DNA of 32,000 nucleotides from Nitratidesulfovibrio vulgaris str. Hildenborough (GCF_000195755.1 NC_002937.3:1050001-1082000), one strand, 5' to 3'; shown: positions 1 to 8,924, counted from the stretch's first letter. Made by a program: numbers and translations. The notes: generated by a model not told the origin, from the letters alone.

Positions 1-67
1 CCACGCAGCAACACACAAACGCCATCAACGCCGCCGCGACGGCGCGTGTCTTTCTGCCGAGAGTCAT
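1..67 (-). CDS. 5' end of a leftward gene running off the window (signal-peptide-like N-terminus)
   Basis: ATG at 67..65 on the minus strand reads MTLGRKTRAVAAALMAFVCCCV to the window edge (basic n-region then hydrophobic core). Only 22 codons are visible and the SD is weak. Confidence 0.3.
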   Translation of the reverse strand, partial: MTLGRKTRAVAAALMAFVCCCV

Positions 68-211
68 GAACTGTCCGTTATGGTTGAATGTCTTTCCTGT
101 AGGGGATAGAATCCTCTGGCGTCGATACGACCGTTGTCGTGTAGCACAGCTTGAACGCGAGGAAAAGTTCTACAACGCCGCAACTCCGGGATTGTTCCGC
201 CGGGAGGCTCC

Positions 212-1342
212 ATGCCCATATCCTACAACAAGGCGAGTGTTGTCGTCAGTCTCCAATCCATAATCGCCAACTATCGCCGGATTCGTACGGTGGCACAGCG
301 GCCCATGCCCGTCATCAAGTCCGATGCGTACGGCCACGGCCTTGAAGCTGTGGGCATGGCCCTTGAGGCCGAAGGTGCACGTGAATGCGCCGTCGGTACG
401 GTGGGGGAGGGGGCGAAGCTGCGCAAGGCCGGTTTCGGGGCGGATATCGTCGCCCTGCTTGGGGCCCTCGACAGAGAGGACGCCCAGTTGGCGGCCTCTT
501 CCGGCATCATCCCCACCGTCCTTGATATCGCCGGGCTTGAACGCCTTGCCGCGCAGGGTACCCCCGAAAGGCCGGTGCGCGTGGCGCTCAAGTTCGATAC
601 GGGCATGGCCCGTCTCGGCTTCACGGAACATGATGTGTCTGCCCTTTGCGAGCGTCTGCGCACCCTGCCTTCGGTGCGGCCCGTCATGGCGGTATCGCAT
701 CTCGCCGTTGCCGACGACCCCACCCAGTCGGCCTTCACGATGGCGCAGGGGGCCGCATTCGCGCGTATCATGGCGGGGCTTCGAAGCAACTTCCCCGATA
801 TCATGGGGTCGCTGTCAAACTCCGCAGCCACGCTGGCGCACCCGCAACTGCACTGGGACGTGCAGCGTCCCGGCATCGCCCTCTATGGTTCGAATCCCCT
901 TCGCGGGACGGCCCTTGCACGGCATGGCGAAGGGCTGTTGCCCGCCATGTCCGTCTCCGTGCCGGTGTTGCAGGTCCATCCGCTGCCCGCGGGGCGTAGT
1001 ATCAGCTACGGGCGGACGTACACCGCCACCAAAGATGCGACCGTGGCCATCATAGCCGCCGGATACGCCGACAACTACAGCCGCGCCCTGTCAGGGCGTG
1101 GTGTTGCTGTAGCTGGCGGGCGGCGTGTGCCTGTTCTTGGTCGCGTGTGCATGCAGACCACGGCCATCGACGTCACCGACGTACCCGGCATCGCCACGGG
1201 AGACCGTGTATGGCTGCTTGGTGGCCCCGGCCCCGCCACGGTCTCGGCTGATGAACTGGCCGACCTGTGGGGGACGATATCCTATGAAGTGCTGTGTCTG
1301 CTTGGCATGAACCCGCGCAGGCATGACGACTCTGTGGAGTAG
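212..1342 (+). CDS. alr: alanine racemase
   Basis: 376-aa ORF. The PLP-lysine motif region VIKSDAYGHG matches the canonical V-K-A-N-AYGHG, and the C-terminal ISYG..Y and YE motifs are typical of Alr. GGGAGG SD lies 4 nt upstream of the ATG at 212. Confidence 0.9.
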   Translation: MPISYNKASVVVSLQSIIANYRRIRTVAQRPMPVIKSDAYGHGLEAVGMALEAEGARECAVGTVGEGAKLRKAGFGADIVALLGALDREDAQLAASSGIIPTVLDIAGLERLAAQGTPERPVRVALKFDTGMARLGFTEHDVSALCERLRTLPSVRPVMAVSHLAVADDPTQSAFTMAQGAAFARIMAGLRSNFPDIMGSLSNSAATLAHPQLHWDVQRPGIALYGSNPLRGTALARHGEGLLPAMSVSVPVLQVHPLPAGRSISYGRTYTATKDATVAIIAAGYADNYSRALSGRGVAVAGGRRVPVLGRVCMQTTAIDVTDVPGIATGDRVWLLGGPGPATVSADELADLWGTISYEVLCLLGMNPRRHDDSVE

Positions 1343-1391
1343 CCATGTACGCGTGCCGGCGCCACCCATGCGATGTGGCGGCTTGCGGGTG

Positions 1392-1420
1392 TTGACAAGG
1401 GTGGGGCAAGCCGCTATTGA
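1392..1420 (+). promoter_or_regulatory. candidate sigma-70 promoter of the rpsF operon
   Basis: TTGACA (1392-1397), 17-nt spacer, TATTGA (1415-1420), about 60 nt upstream of the rpsF ATG. Consensus -35, mediocre -10. Not experimentally supported. Confidence 0.4.
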
Positions 1421-1479
1421 CTCGGATTCGCCTTGCTCGTCCATGTGAGGACGGGCCCTCAGTCCATAAGGAGGAACCC

Positions 1480-1785
1480 ATGAGGAAATTCGAAACGCTG
1501 CTGCTCCTTTCCCCGGAGCTGGCCGCAGACGCCCGTGAGGCACTGCTCACCACCCTTTCCGGTGTGGTGGAGCGTGAACAGGGCTCGATGATCACCGCCG
1601 ACCACTGGGGCATGCGCGATCTCGCCTACCCCGTGCGCAAGCAGATGCGCGGCTACTATGTCCGCCTCGAATACACCGCCCCCGGCGCTACCGTGGCGGA
1701 ACTCGAGCGCATCATCCGCATCTCCGACGGCATCTTCAAATTCGTGACCGTCAAGCTGGCCGACGCGGTCGAGGAGGTTGCATAA
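1480..1785 (+). CDS. rpsF: 30S ribosomal protein S6
   Basis: MRKFETLLLLSPEL...HWGMRDLAYPVRK...GYYV is a typical S6 sequence. AAGGAGGA SD at 1468-1475. The ORF-track start at 1417 was rejected in favour of the ATG at 1480. Confidence 0.95.
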   Translation: MRKFETLLLLSPELAADAREALLTTLSGVVEREQGSMITADHWGMRDLAYPVRKQMRGYYVRLEYTAPGATVAELERIIRISDGIFKFVTVKLADAVEEVA

Positions 1786-2049
1786 ATGGCCTTCAAGAAG
1801 AAGTTCGCTCCGCGCCGCAAGTTCTGCCGCTTCTGCGCCGACAAGGAACTGCCCATCGATTACAAGCGCGCCGACATCCTGCGCGACTTCATCACCGAAC
1901 GTGGCAAGATCATCGCCCGTCGCATCACGGGCACCTGCGCCCATCACCAGCGCGTGCTGACCCGCGAAATCAAGCGTGCGCGTCAGATGGCCCTGCTGAT
2001 CTACACCGCGACTCACTCCAGTGATGTCAAGAAAAAGAGCATTCTGTAG
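1786..2049 (+). CDS. rpsR: 30S ribosomal protein S18
   Basis: [17 protein letters not shown]...[27 protein letters not shown] is the canonical S18. Its ATG abuts the rpsF stop (TAAATG), and GAGGAGG lies inside the rpsF 3' end. Confidence 0.95.
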   Translation: MAFKKKFAPRRKFCRFCADKELPIDYKRADILRDFITERGKIIARRITGTCAHHQRVLTREIKRARQMALLIYTATHSSDVKKKSIL

Positions 2050-2061
2050 GAGGAGCTGGTG

Positions 2062-2565
2062 ATGAAGATCATTCTTCGTGCTGACGTTGAGAATCTGGGC
2101 CGTCTCGGTGACGTGGTCACCGTGAAGCCCGGTTTCGGGCGCAACTACCTGCTCCCTCAGGGCCTTGGTATGCTGGCTTCTCAAGCCAACCTGAAGGCCT
2201 TCGAACTGGAGCGCAAGAAGCTGCAGGCCCGTATGGACGCCCTGCGTAACGCCGCCGCCGACATCGCCGCCAAGCTGGAAGGCCTCGTTCTGGCCATTCC
2301 CATGCGCGTCGGTGAGAACGACAAGCTGTACGGTTCCGTGACCACCGCCATCATCGGCGATGGTCTGGCTGCCCAAGGCATTGAAGTCGACCGTCGCCGC
2401 ATCCTGCTTGACAGCGCCATCCGCGCTCTTGGCGAATATCCCGTCCGCGTTCGTTTGCACGCTGACGTGACCGCCGAGATTCTCGTCAAGGTCGTCTCTG
2501 AAGACAAGGTGAACGATGTCGCTGAATCAGCCCCGGCCGAAGAGCCGGAAGCCGCAGCAGAATAA
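2062..2565 (+). CDS. rplI: 50S ribosomal protein L9
   Basis: MKIILRADVENLGRLGDVVTVKPGFGRNYLLPQG is the canonical L9 N-terminus. AGGAGG lies 7 nt upstream of the ATG at 2062 (the track start GTG at 2059 is also possible). Confidence 0.95.
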   Translation: MKIILRADVENLGRLGDVVTVKPGFGRNYLLPQGLGMLASQANLKAFELERKKLQARMDALRNAAADIAAKLEGLVLAIPMRVGENDKLYGSVTTAIIGDGLAAQGIEVDRRRILLDSAIRALGEYPVRVRLHADVTAEILVKVVSEDKVNDVAESAPAEEPEAAAE

Positions 2566-3997
2566 CTATTCCTCGGAAACCACCCCCGCCTATGGCGGGG
2601 GTGGTGCCGACGGTGCTGCCGAGCGTGCCTCGGCCGAACTGTTGCGTCGTGTGCCCCCCCACAGCATAGAGGCCGAACAGGCCGTGCTGGGGGGTGTTTT
2701 CTTGAAGAACAGCATCCTCCACACCCTCGTGGATACGCTCACGGCGGAGGACTTCTACCTCCCCGCCCACCAGATGCTGTTCGAGAGCTTTCTTGAACTC
2801 TATCGCAAGAACGCCCCCATCGACCTCGTTTCCGTCGCCGAACACCTCAAGGCGCATGGGAATCTGGAAGCCGTCGGCGGGGCCATCTATCTTGCCGAAC
2901 TTGCACAGGCCGTCGTCAGCGCCGCCAACGCCGAATACTACGGCACCATCGTCCGCGACAAGTCGCTGCAACGTTCGCTCATATCCGCCTGTTCGGACAT
3001 CATCAGCAACTGCTTCGACGCCTCGCGCGAAGTGGGCAGCCTGCTTGACGAATCGGAACAGGCTGTCTTCGCCATCTCCGAACGGACGAGCGGCAAGGTC
3101 TTCCGCAGTTCGAAGGAACTGGTGAAGAAGGTCTTCGAAGAACTGGAGAAACGCGTCGAGCGCAAGGAACTGGTGACGGGTGTCACCACGGGCTACGTCA
3201 AGCTCGACCAGATGACCTCCGGCTTCCAGGGGTCCGACCTCATCATCGTCGCTGCCCGTCCTTCCATGGGCAAGACGGCGTTCTCGCTGAACATGGCGAT
3301 GCGTGCCGCGATCAACCAGAACGTACCTGTGGCGGTGTATTCGCTCGAGATGTCGATGGAGCAGTTGATGATGCGTATGCTCTGTTCCTTCGGCAAGGTC
3401 GACCTTTCGAAGCTTCGCAAGGGTTTTCTCGATGACGAGGACTGGAAGCGCCTCTATGAGGCCGCCGATGTACTTGAGCGTGCGCCCATCTACATCGACG
3501 ACACGCCCGCGTTGACGACACTGGAGTTGCGTGCCCGTACCCGGCGCCTCCGCGCCGAACGTGGCGTGGGGCTGGTGATGGTCGACTACCTTCAGCTCAT
3601 GCGCTCCAGTCGACGCACCGATTCGCGCGAACTCGAAATCTCCGACATTTCGCGTTCGCTCAAGGCTCTCGCCAAGGAACTGAACATCCCCGTCATCGCC
3701 CTCTCGCAGCTCAACCGCAAAGTCGAAGAACGGACGAACAAACGTCCCATGCTCTCCGACCTTCGCGAATCGGGTGCCATCGAGCAGGACGCCGACATCA
3801 TCATGTTCATCTACCGCGACGACGCCTACAACAAGCGCGACGACAACCCGCGCAAGGGCATTGCCGAGATCATCATCGGCAAGCAGCGTAACGGCCCGAC
3901 GGGCACTGCTGAACTCGCCTACCTTTCGGCGCACACCGCGTTCGAAGACCTCGACCCCAACTGGGTCCCGCCGCCTTCCGAGGATTACGGGGAGTAG
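2516..3997 (+). CDS. dnaB: replicative DNA helicase DnaB
   Basis: VPPHSIEAEQAVLGG N-terminal motif, Walker A region ARPSMGKTAF, and the SLEMS, VDYLQLM and QLNR/ESGAIEQDAD motifs. The ATG at 2516 has an AAGGTG SD but overlaps the rplI 3' end by 50 nt, so the start is somewhat uncertain. Confidence 0.93.
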   Translation: MSLNQPRPKSRKPQQNNYSSETTPAYGGGGADGAAERASAELLRRVPPHSIEAEQAVLGGVFLKNSILHTLVDTLTAEDFYLPAHQMLFESFLELYRKNAPIDLVSVAEHLKAHGNLEAVGGAIYLAELAQAVVSAANAEYYGTIVRDKSLQRSLISACSDIISNCFDASREVGSLLDESEQAVFAISERTSGKVFRSSKELVKKVFEELEKRVERKELVTGVTTGYVKLDQMTSGFQGSDLIIVAARPSMGKTAFSLNMAMRAAINQNVPVAVYSLEMSMEQLMMRMLCSFGKVDLSKLRKGFLDDEDWKRLYEAADVLERAPIYIDDTPALTTLELRARTRRLRAERGVGLVMVDYLQLMRSSRRTDSRELEISDISRSLKALAKELNIPVIALSQLNRKVEERTNKRPMLSDLRESGAIEQDADIIMFIYRDDAYNKRDDNPRKGIAEIIIGKQRNGPTGTAELAYLSAHTAFEDLDPNWVPPPSEDYGE

Positions 3998-4040
3998 TCG
4001 CCATCGCTGTATGGGGCGACTGTCTCGACGTTATGTGATG

Positions 4041-4075
4041 AAGCCCGCCTGTCTCTCGACAGGCGGGCTTTTCTG
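4041..4075 (+). terminator. rho-independent terminator after dnaB
   Basis: Perfect 13-bp stem AAGCCCGCCTGTC / GACAGGCGGGCTT (4041-4053 / 4058-4070), 4-nt loop, followed by TTTTCT. Confidence 0.7.
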
Positions 4076-4398
4076 CGCGTTGCGTTGCCTGCAACGGAGG
4101 GCCGTCCGCAAGGGGAGGGGGGGGCTGTCGGCAGGCGGCGTCTTGTGTCCGCCAGTATCCGAACACCTGACTCCGTACCGCTGCATCCACTTGGGGCGTG
4201 CTGCGATGCCTTGCCGCAACGGGCGAAGGGCACGTCGACGACGTTGCCATGCGTACGACGCGGATGCAGGTACGCCCGTTCACAGGGGCCCGATGTCCTT
4301 CGTCGAATCGCTCCAGTGGTCTGCGTACGACCATGCCATGACGCAGGGTCTTCATACGCCATTCCCTGAAGCGGCGTGTTGTGGCGGCAGCGACCTGC

Positions 4399-7300
4399 CT
4401 AGCGCAAGAGCATCTCTGCCGCGCTCTTCCCCTTGCCTGTGGCAGCGGCAAGTGAAAGCCGTGCGCCGAGTGCCGGGTCGATTTCAAGCAATCTGTCGCG
4501 CACGGCACGCGCCCGCTGCTGTGCGAGGGCTGTCAGGTCGTCGTCTGTGACGTCCACGTGCTCATAGAAGGCCTTTTCCATGACCTCGCGAGGCTGGTCT
4601 TTTACGAGTCCCAGAACATTGCGGGGTTTGTCGAAGGGGGCATCCTTGTAGACGGACTCGAGAAGGTCGTCGTACTCGTCGTCTTCGATGGTGATGGCCT
4701 CGACCGCCGTCTTGGCGCGCTCACCGCGCCACAGCGAAGCATACTTCGCCTCCTGCATCCGGCGCAGAAGGGCGACTTCGCGAAGCCCCTGCCCATCGGT
4801 CGCAGGGTCGACCATGCCGCGCACCTCCAGTGAAAGTCCGGGCCTTTGCCGCAGTACCTCCGCCACGCTTGCCAGTTGTGCCTCGGCCCTTTCGGAGAGC
4901 GTTTCCCGCCCGGGTTCGAAGGGGACGTTGCGCATGTCCTGCCCGCCGCCTCCGGCAAGGCGCACCACGCTGCCGACGAGGGCGAAGGGCGATGTGACCA
5001 CCTTGACCATGAGGTTCATGACGGCCTGGACCACCACGCCTCCAAGCCTGAAGTTGGGGTCGTCGAGTCGCCCCCGTACCGGCAGGTCGATGGACACGTT
5101 GCCATCAAGCCCCCGCAAGAGGGCCAGTCCGAGTTTGACCGGATAGTCCGGGGCATCGGGACGCGAGTCCTTGTCGCCAAGTTCGATGTCTTCCAGCAGG
5201 AACTTCGAATCGGCGCTCAGTACCCATTCGGATGTCTGCAATTGCAAACGGGCTGTGAGGCGTCCCTTGTCGACCGGGTAGGCGATGTACTGAAGCGCGT
5301 ATGGTGATACCGGAACGAGGTCCAGCCCTTCCATGGAGAAGACGATGTCGGCGAAGGGGGGCGTCGATACGGGGTTGAGCGTCCCCGTGAGCTTGACGGG
5401 CACACCCTCGAGCGTTCCGCCAGCCGAGACCTCGGCGCGGCTTTCCGGGGCCATGGTGAATCCGGTCACGGCTGCATCGACCTTGTCCAGCGAGGTGTCG
5501 AAGGCCGGAGAGAAACGCTCGTCGCGGAAGGCTATCTTGCCACCGCGGACGGTCACCTCGCCCAGCGTGAACCTGTCGAACAGCGATGCTGGTGCTTCTG
5601 CCCGGGCTCCCGCAGCGGAGGATGCGTCCGCTCCTGCCCCCGAAGCGTCTGCCCCCGACGCGTCTGCCTCGGCAGTCGTCCCTCCGGCAGCCACAGGGGC
5701 GGGGGACACCGGCTTCGACGCAAGACCCGAGGAGGCCTCGGCCCCGGTCTGCGTTCCCTGCTTCTTCGCTCTTTCTGCGGCCTTGGCCTTTTCTGCCGTA
5801 CGGATGGCCGCAGCCCTGCGTTCCGCGCCTTCCGGGTCGAGGGCGCGCAGTACGTTGGTGGTGCCGTCCTTGTGCAGCACGAGGAACACCTGCGGCCGGT
5901 CGAGGAGTATGTCGCCAATCTCGACGCGCAGCGGGGACGAACCGTACCGGAAGTCCCTGACCGCCAGCCTCCGAAGCGAGATGAGGTCACGCCGGTCTCC
6001 GCGCCTGCGCAGACGGGCGTCATCCAGTTGCGTCCTGCCCGATGCCGTCATCTGGATGTCATCGCCGCGTTCCCGTGCGCCCAGCCGGACATCGCCGGAA
6101 AGGCGCCCCCCGGCCTGCATGGCCGTGGACATGGCAAGGGGGATGTCGAGCGGCGCCAGGTCGACCTTTGTGGCCTTGACGTTCAGGTCGAGGTCGAGAG
6201 GCCGGATGCGCACATTCCCCTTGAGGGCGAGTTGCCCGTCCTTCTGCCAGCGCATGGATGCGTCGAAGGGCAGCCGCTGGGTCAGGTCTGGCGAGAGCGC
6301 TCCCGTGCGCACGCGAAGGTCGGACACCTGCAGGGTCGGTGCCTTAGCGCCGCGTTCGGTGATGTTGACGGTACCTCCATCCAGTTCGAGGCTGTCCAGC
6401 ACAAGGTTCCAGTCCGTGTCTGCGGTCTTGGTGTCGCCGCGTCTGGCCTTCTCTTGCGTGCCCCGGGCTTTGGACTCCACCTTTGTGGAAGAGCCCGCCT
6501 TGCCTTGTGCGCGTCGTTGCCTGTCGCCTTTGACCTTCTTGCCCGTGTCGGGCTGTGAGTCTCCGGCGGATGCCGGAAGCAGCGGCAGCCCGTCGTCACC
6601 GAGGATGAGATTGACCGAGGGGGAGGTCAGCGCGAGCACCGCTGCCCGGATGGACTGTTTGCCGTAATCGACGGCGAGTCCCTTGAGCCCGATGTGTTTG
6701 ACGCCAAGGGCATGGCCCTGTTTTCCCTGTGCGGCGAGGGCGAGGTCGTCCACCATGAGCGCCCCTTCGGATACGGTCAGTTGCAGCGCGGGGGAGGATT
6801 GAAAGACCACCTTGGCTCTACCCCCGAAGCTCCCTGCGATGTCGGAGGCAGGTGTGCCCCCGGCGAAGGGCCGCGCGGCGGCAAGCGGGAGTCCTGTGCT
6901 GTCGATGGCGGCGCTCACCTTCAACGGTGAGAGCGTCGCCTCGCCATCTACATGGAAACGCCCCTGACCATTCAATCCGAAAGTGATGGCAAACGGCATG
7001 GTCTTGTTGTCACCCGTGGAGAATCGGGGAATCTGCACGTCGAGCCCGGTGACCGCTATCTCGCGTGTGCCGGAGAGTGATGCGTCGTGCCAGACAAGCG
7101 TCGCATCGCTCAGATGCAAGGCAGCCCCTTCGACGATGAAGGCCTTGCTGTCGGCTGTGGGGGCTGCGGATTTGCCGGTGGAATGTCCCTCGGGACTACT
7201 GCCGGAGGTGGCCGCTACGGGGGGCGTTCCCCCCGCAGGGTTCTTTGCCGAAGCCTTGTCCGTGGCGGTGGCGGAGGCAGGCATGGAGGCTGCCCCGGTC

Positions 7301-8463
7301 GCATTCTGCGTCATGGCTGACACTGTCGCGTTCTGCATGGCCGTGCGCGATGTCGCAGGCGTGACAGGGGCTGCCTTGCCAGAGGCCGGGCTTATCCAGC
7401 GTTGCCAGTCGACGGTGCCGTCGGTGTCGCGCACTGCCTTGACATAAAGACCGTCCACAGTTGCGGACTCGAGTTCCACGCGGCGTTCCGCCAGTGTGAA
7501 CTTGTGCAGACGCAGTTCGGCTTCACGTAGTGCTGCCGCCTTTTTCCCGTCGGGCGTATTGAGAAGGATGTCGGAAAGGCGCAGTGCTCCTCCAAGCCCC
7601 AGTTCGACCTGCCCGGAGGGAAGCCTTTCAACCAGCAGGTCGAGTTCGAGACGAGCCTTGCCCTGCTCAAGCCGCAGTGGAGTGAAGGGCGCAAGATAGG
7701 CCTTGAATTGTTCGAGGGCCACATCCTCGGTGGCGATGTCGAATTCCGTTCGTTGTGTCTCGGCGAAGGGAAGCAGTCTGCCAGCCACGGTCATGCGGCT
7801 GCCGTCGACTGTGGCATTGAGGGATGGGGTGATGGGGGTGTCGCGGAACATGTCCAGCGAGGAGGTGAAAGGCACGATGAAGTCGATGTCCGCGATGGTG
7901 TGCGTCACGCCGCGCGGTTCGTCACGGAAGATGAAGCTGCCGTCCACGAGTTCGAAATCGCTGATGACGAAGGGGAATACCGGAGTAGCCTTGTCGTCTG
8001 TCGTCGCTTCGGACGGGGGCACGATGTCCGAGAACGAGAAGCGGCCTTCGCCGAAATAGGTGATGTCCACAACGGGTTCGACGAGGCGCGCCGAAGCGAG
8101 CGAAGGTGCCAGCCGGAACAGGGCTGCCGGACTTGGGGCGATGCTCAGTTCACGAAAGCCGAAGAGCACCCCTTCGCCGCTGGCATCGGGGACCTTCACG
8201 CCGAGGACACGGATACGCAGGGTGAAGGGGTTGATGGTCACCTTCTCTACGGTGCAGGTGGCCCGAAGGTGTTGTGCCATGGTGCGTTCGAGTTCAGAGC
8301 GGACAACGGGGGGAAGTACGAGACCGCCGATGACAAGCCAGAAGATGTACAACCCCAGCAACGACCAGAGAATGACGCGTCCACGCCGTGTGGCAGGGGT
8401 GATGCGCCTGAGCAGTTCCCGTATGTGTGGATGTTTCGTGGCGTCATTCTGTTTCGCGGTCAT
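4399..8463 (-). CDS. very large N-terminally membrane-anchored protein, DUF748/AsmA-like architecture
   Basis: 1354-aa ORF with GAGGAGG SD 7 nt upstream of the ATG. One N-terminal TM helix (ILWSLLGLYIFWLVIGGLVLPPV). Repeated beta-rich segments of the type KIAFRDE.. / FIFRDE.. and a RLDDPNFRLGGVV..AVMNL..KVVTSPFA segment that I associate with DUF748. Family assignment is from memory. Confidence 0.8.
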   Translation of the reverse strand: MTAKQNDATKHPHIRELLRRITPATRRGRVILWSLLGLYIFWLVIGGLVLPPVVRSELERTMAQHLRATCTVEKVTINPFTLRIRVLGVKVPDASGEGVLFGFRELSIAPSPAALFRLAPSLASARLVEPVVDITYFGEGRFSFSDIVPPSEATTDDKATPVFPFVISDFELVDGSFIFRDEPRGVTHTIADIDFIVPFTSSLDMFRDTPITPSLNATVDGSRMTVAGRLLPFAETQRTEFDIATEDVALEQFKAYLAPFTPLRLEQGKARLELDLLVERLPSGQVELGLGGALRLSDILLNTPDGKKAAALREAELRLHKFTLAERRVELESATVDGLYVKAVRDTDGTVDWQRWISPASGKAAPVTPATSRTAMQNATVSAMTQNATGAASMPASATATDKASAKNPAGGTPPVAATSGSSPEGHSTGKSAAPTADSKAFIVEGAALHLSDATLVWHDASLSGTREIAVTGLDVQIPRFSTGDNKTMPFAITFGLNGQGRFHVDGEATLSPLKVSAAIDSTGLPLAAARPFAGGTPASDIAGSFGGRAKVVFQSSPALQLTVSEGALMVDDLALAAQGKQGHALGVKHIGLKGLAVDYGKQSIRAAVLALTSPSVNLILGDDGLPLLPASAGDSQPDTGKKVKGDRQRRAQGKAGSSTKVESKARGTQEKARRGDTKTADTDWNLVLDSLELDGGTVNITERGAKAPTLQVSDLRVRTGALSPDLTQRLPFDASMRWQKDGQLALKGNVRIRPLDLDLNVKATKVDLAPLDIPLAMSTAMQAGGRLSGDVRLGARERGDDIQMTASGRTQLDDARLRRRGDRRDLISLRRLAVRDFRYGSSPLRVEIGDILLDRPQVFLVLHKDGTTNVLRALDPEGAERRAAAIRTAEKAKAAERAKKQGTQTGAEASSGLASKPVSPAPVAAGGTTAEADASGADASGAGADASSAAGARAEAPASLFDRFTLGEVTVRGGKIAFRDERFSPAFDTSLDKVDAAVTGFTMAPESRAEVSAGGTLEGVPVKLTGTLNPVSTPPFADIVFSMEGLDLVPVSPYALQYIAYPVDKGRLTARLQLQTSEWVLSADSKFLLEDIELGDKDSRPDAPDYPVKLGLALLRGLDGNVSIDLPVRGRLDDPNFRLGGVVVQAVMNLMVKVVTSPFALVGSVVRLAGGGGQDMRNVPFEPGRETLSERAEAQLASVAEVLRQRPGLSLEVRGMVDPATDGQGLREVALLRRMQEAKYASLWRGERAKTAVEAITIEDDEYDDLLESVYKDAPFDKPRNVLGLVKDQPREVMEKAFYEHVDVTDDDLTALAQQRARAVRDRLLEIDPALGARLSLAAATGKGKSAAEMLLR

Positions 8464-8477
8464 GGTCGTGCCTCCTC

Positions 8478-8546
8478 GATGCTGTGTCCGGTATCTTGTT
8501 CATACAGCATATCATGGTGCGATTGAAGACAAAAAGATGCTGTGTC
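8478..8546. repeat. direct 11-nt repeat GATGCTGTGTC (two exact copies; a third degenerate copy at 8711-8722)
   Basis: Exact copies at 8478-8488 and 8536-8546 (58 nt apart); GATGCTGTCGGG at 8711-8722. The inverted partner ACAGCAT at 8504-8510 can pair with copy 1. Copy 1 abuts the SD of the 4399..8463 gene. Confidence 0.6.
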
Positions 8547-8660
8547 GGGCACTATGATGTGGGGTATTCTCCTCATCGCCGGGTAGGGGCGCCCCGCATG
8601 TGAGCGGTGCGGGTATCCGGGTTGCGTGCCACGTACAGACCGGGGTCGCGCATGCTGCGC

Positions 8661-8701
8661 GGAATGGGCAGAGACAGGCAGAGACTGGCAGGAATGGGCA
8701 G
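8661..8701. repeat. 10-nt phased GGCA tract with duplicated GGAATGGGCAG
   Basis: GGCA begins at 8667, 8677, 8687 and 8697 (exact 10-nt period). GGAATGGGCAG occurs at 8661-8671 and 8691-8701; GGCAGAGAC at 8667-8675 and 8677-8685. Confidence 0.6.
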
Positions 8702-8855
8702 GAAGAGGGAGATGCTGTCGGGCATGTCCGTATGGGGCCGCTGCCGCTAGGCATCGTATGGCCCATCCGAAGTGCGCACCAGGGGGATGGCGTCCTGTAG
8801 CCGTCTCTGCCCTTACACGAGGTGCAGACCCGCCACTGTGGCATGGGGGGCGGGT

Positions 8856-8893
8856 GCAAAAAGAACACCCCGACCTGTGGCGGGGTCGGGGTG
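8856..8893 (-). terminator. rho-independent terminator after queF
   Basis: On the minus strand: 10-bp stem CACCCCGACC / GGTCGGGGTG with an 8-nt loop, followed by TTCTTTTT, 31 nt downstream of the queF stop. Confidence 0.65.
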
Positions 8894-8924
8894 CGGGGGG
8901 ACAGGGGGGCGTGGTGCGGGACTA

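Noticed and set aside
887-897. GGTTCGAATCC, identical to a tRNA T-loop consensus
   Set aside because: It lies inside the alr reading frame. The flanking bases (TATGG / CCCTT) cannot form a T-stem, and no acceptor or anticodon arms are present.
1459-3934. Long antisense ORFs opposite rpsF-rplI (333 aa) and dnaB (482 aa). Similar shadows occur at 13064..14035, 13993..15252, 15213..16049, 17363..18367, 20586..21479, 24215..25231, 25809..26636 and 27897..28793.
   Set aside because: Each lies opposite a gene with unmistakable family motifs. Their composition is Arg/Gly/His/Pro-rich low-complexity, and none has credible translation signals.
5333-6667. 444-aa plus-strand ORF inside the DUF748 gene
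   Set aside because: It is Ser/Arg/Pro/Ala-rich with no structure-like pattern. The minus-strand 1354-aa frame has an SD, a TM anchor and family-like motifs.
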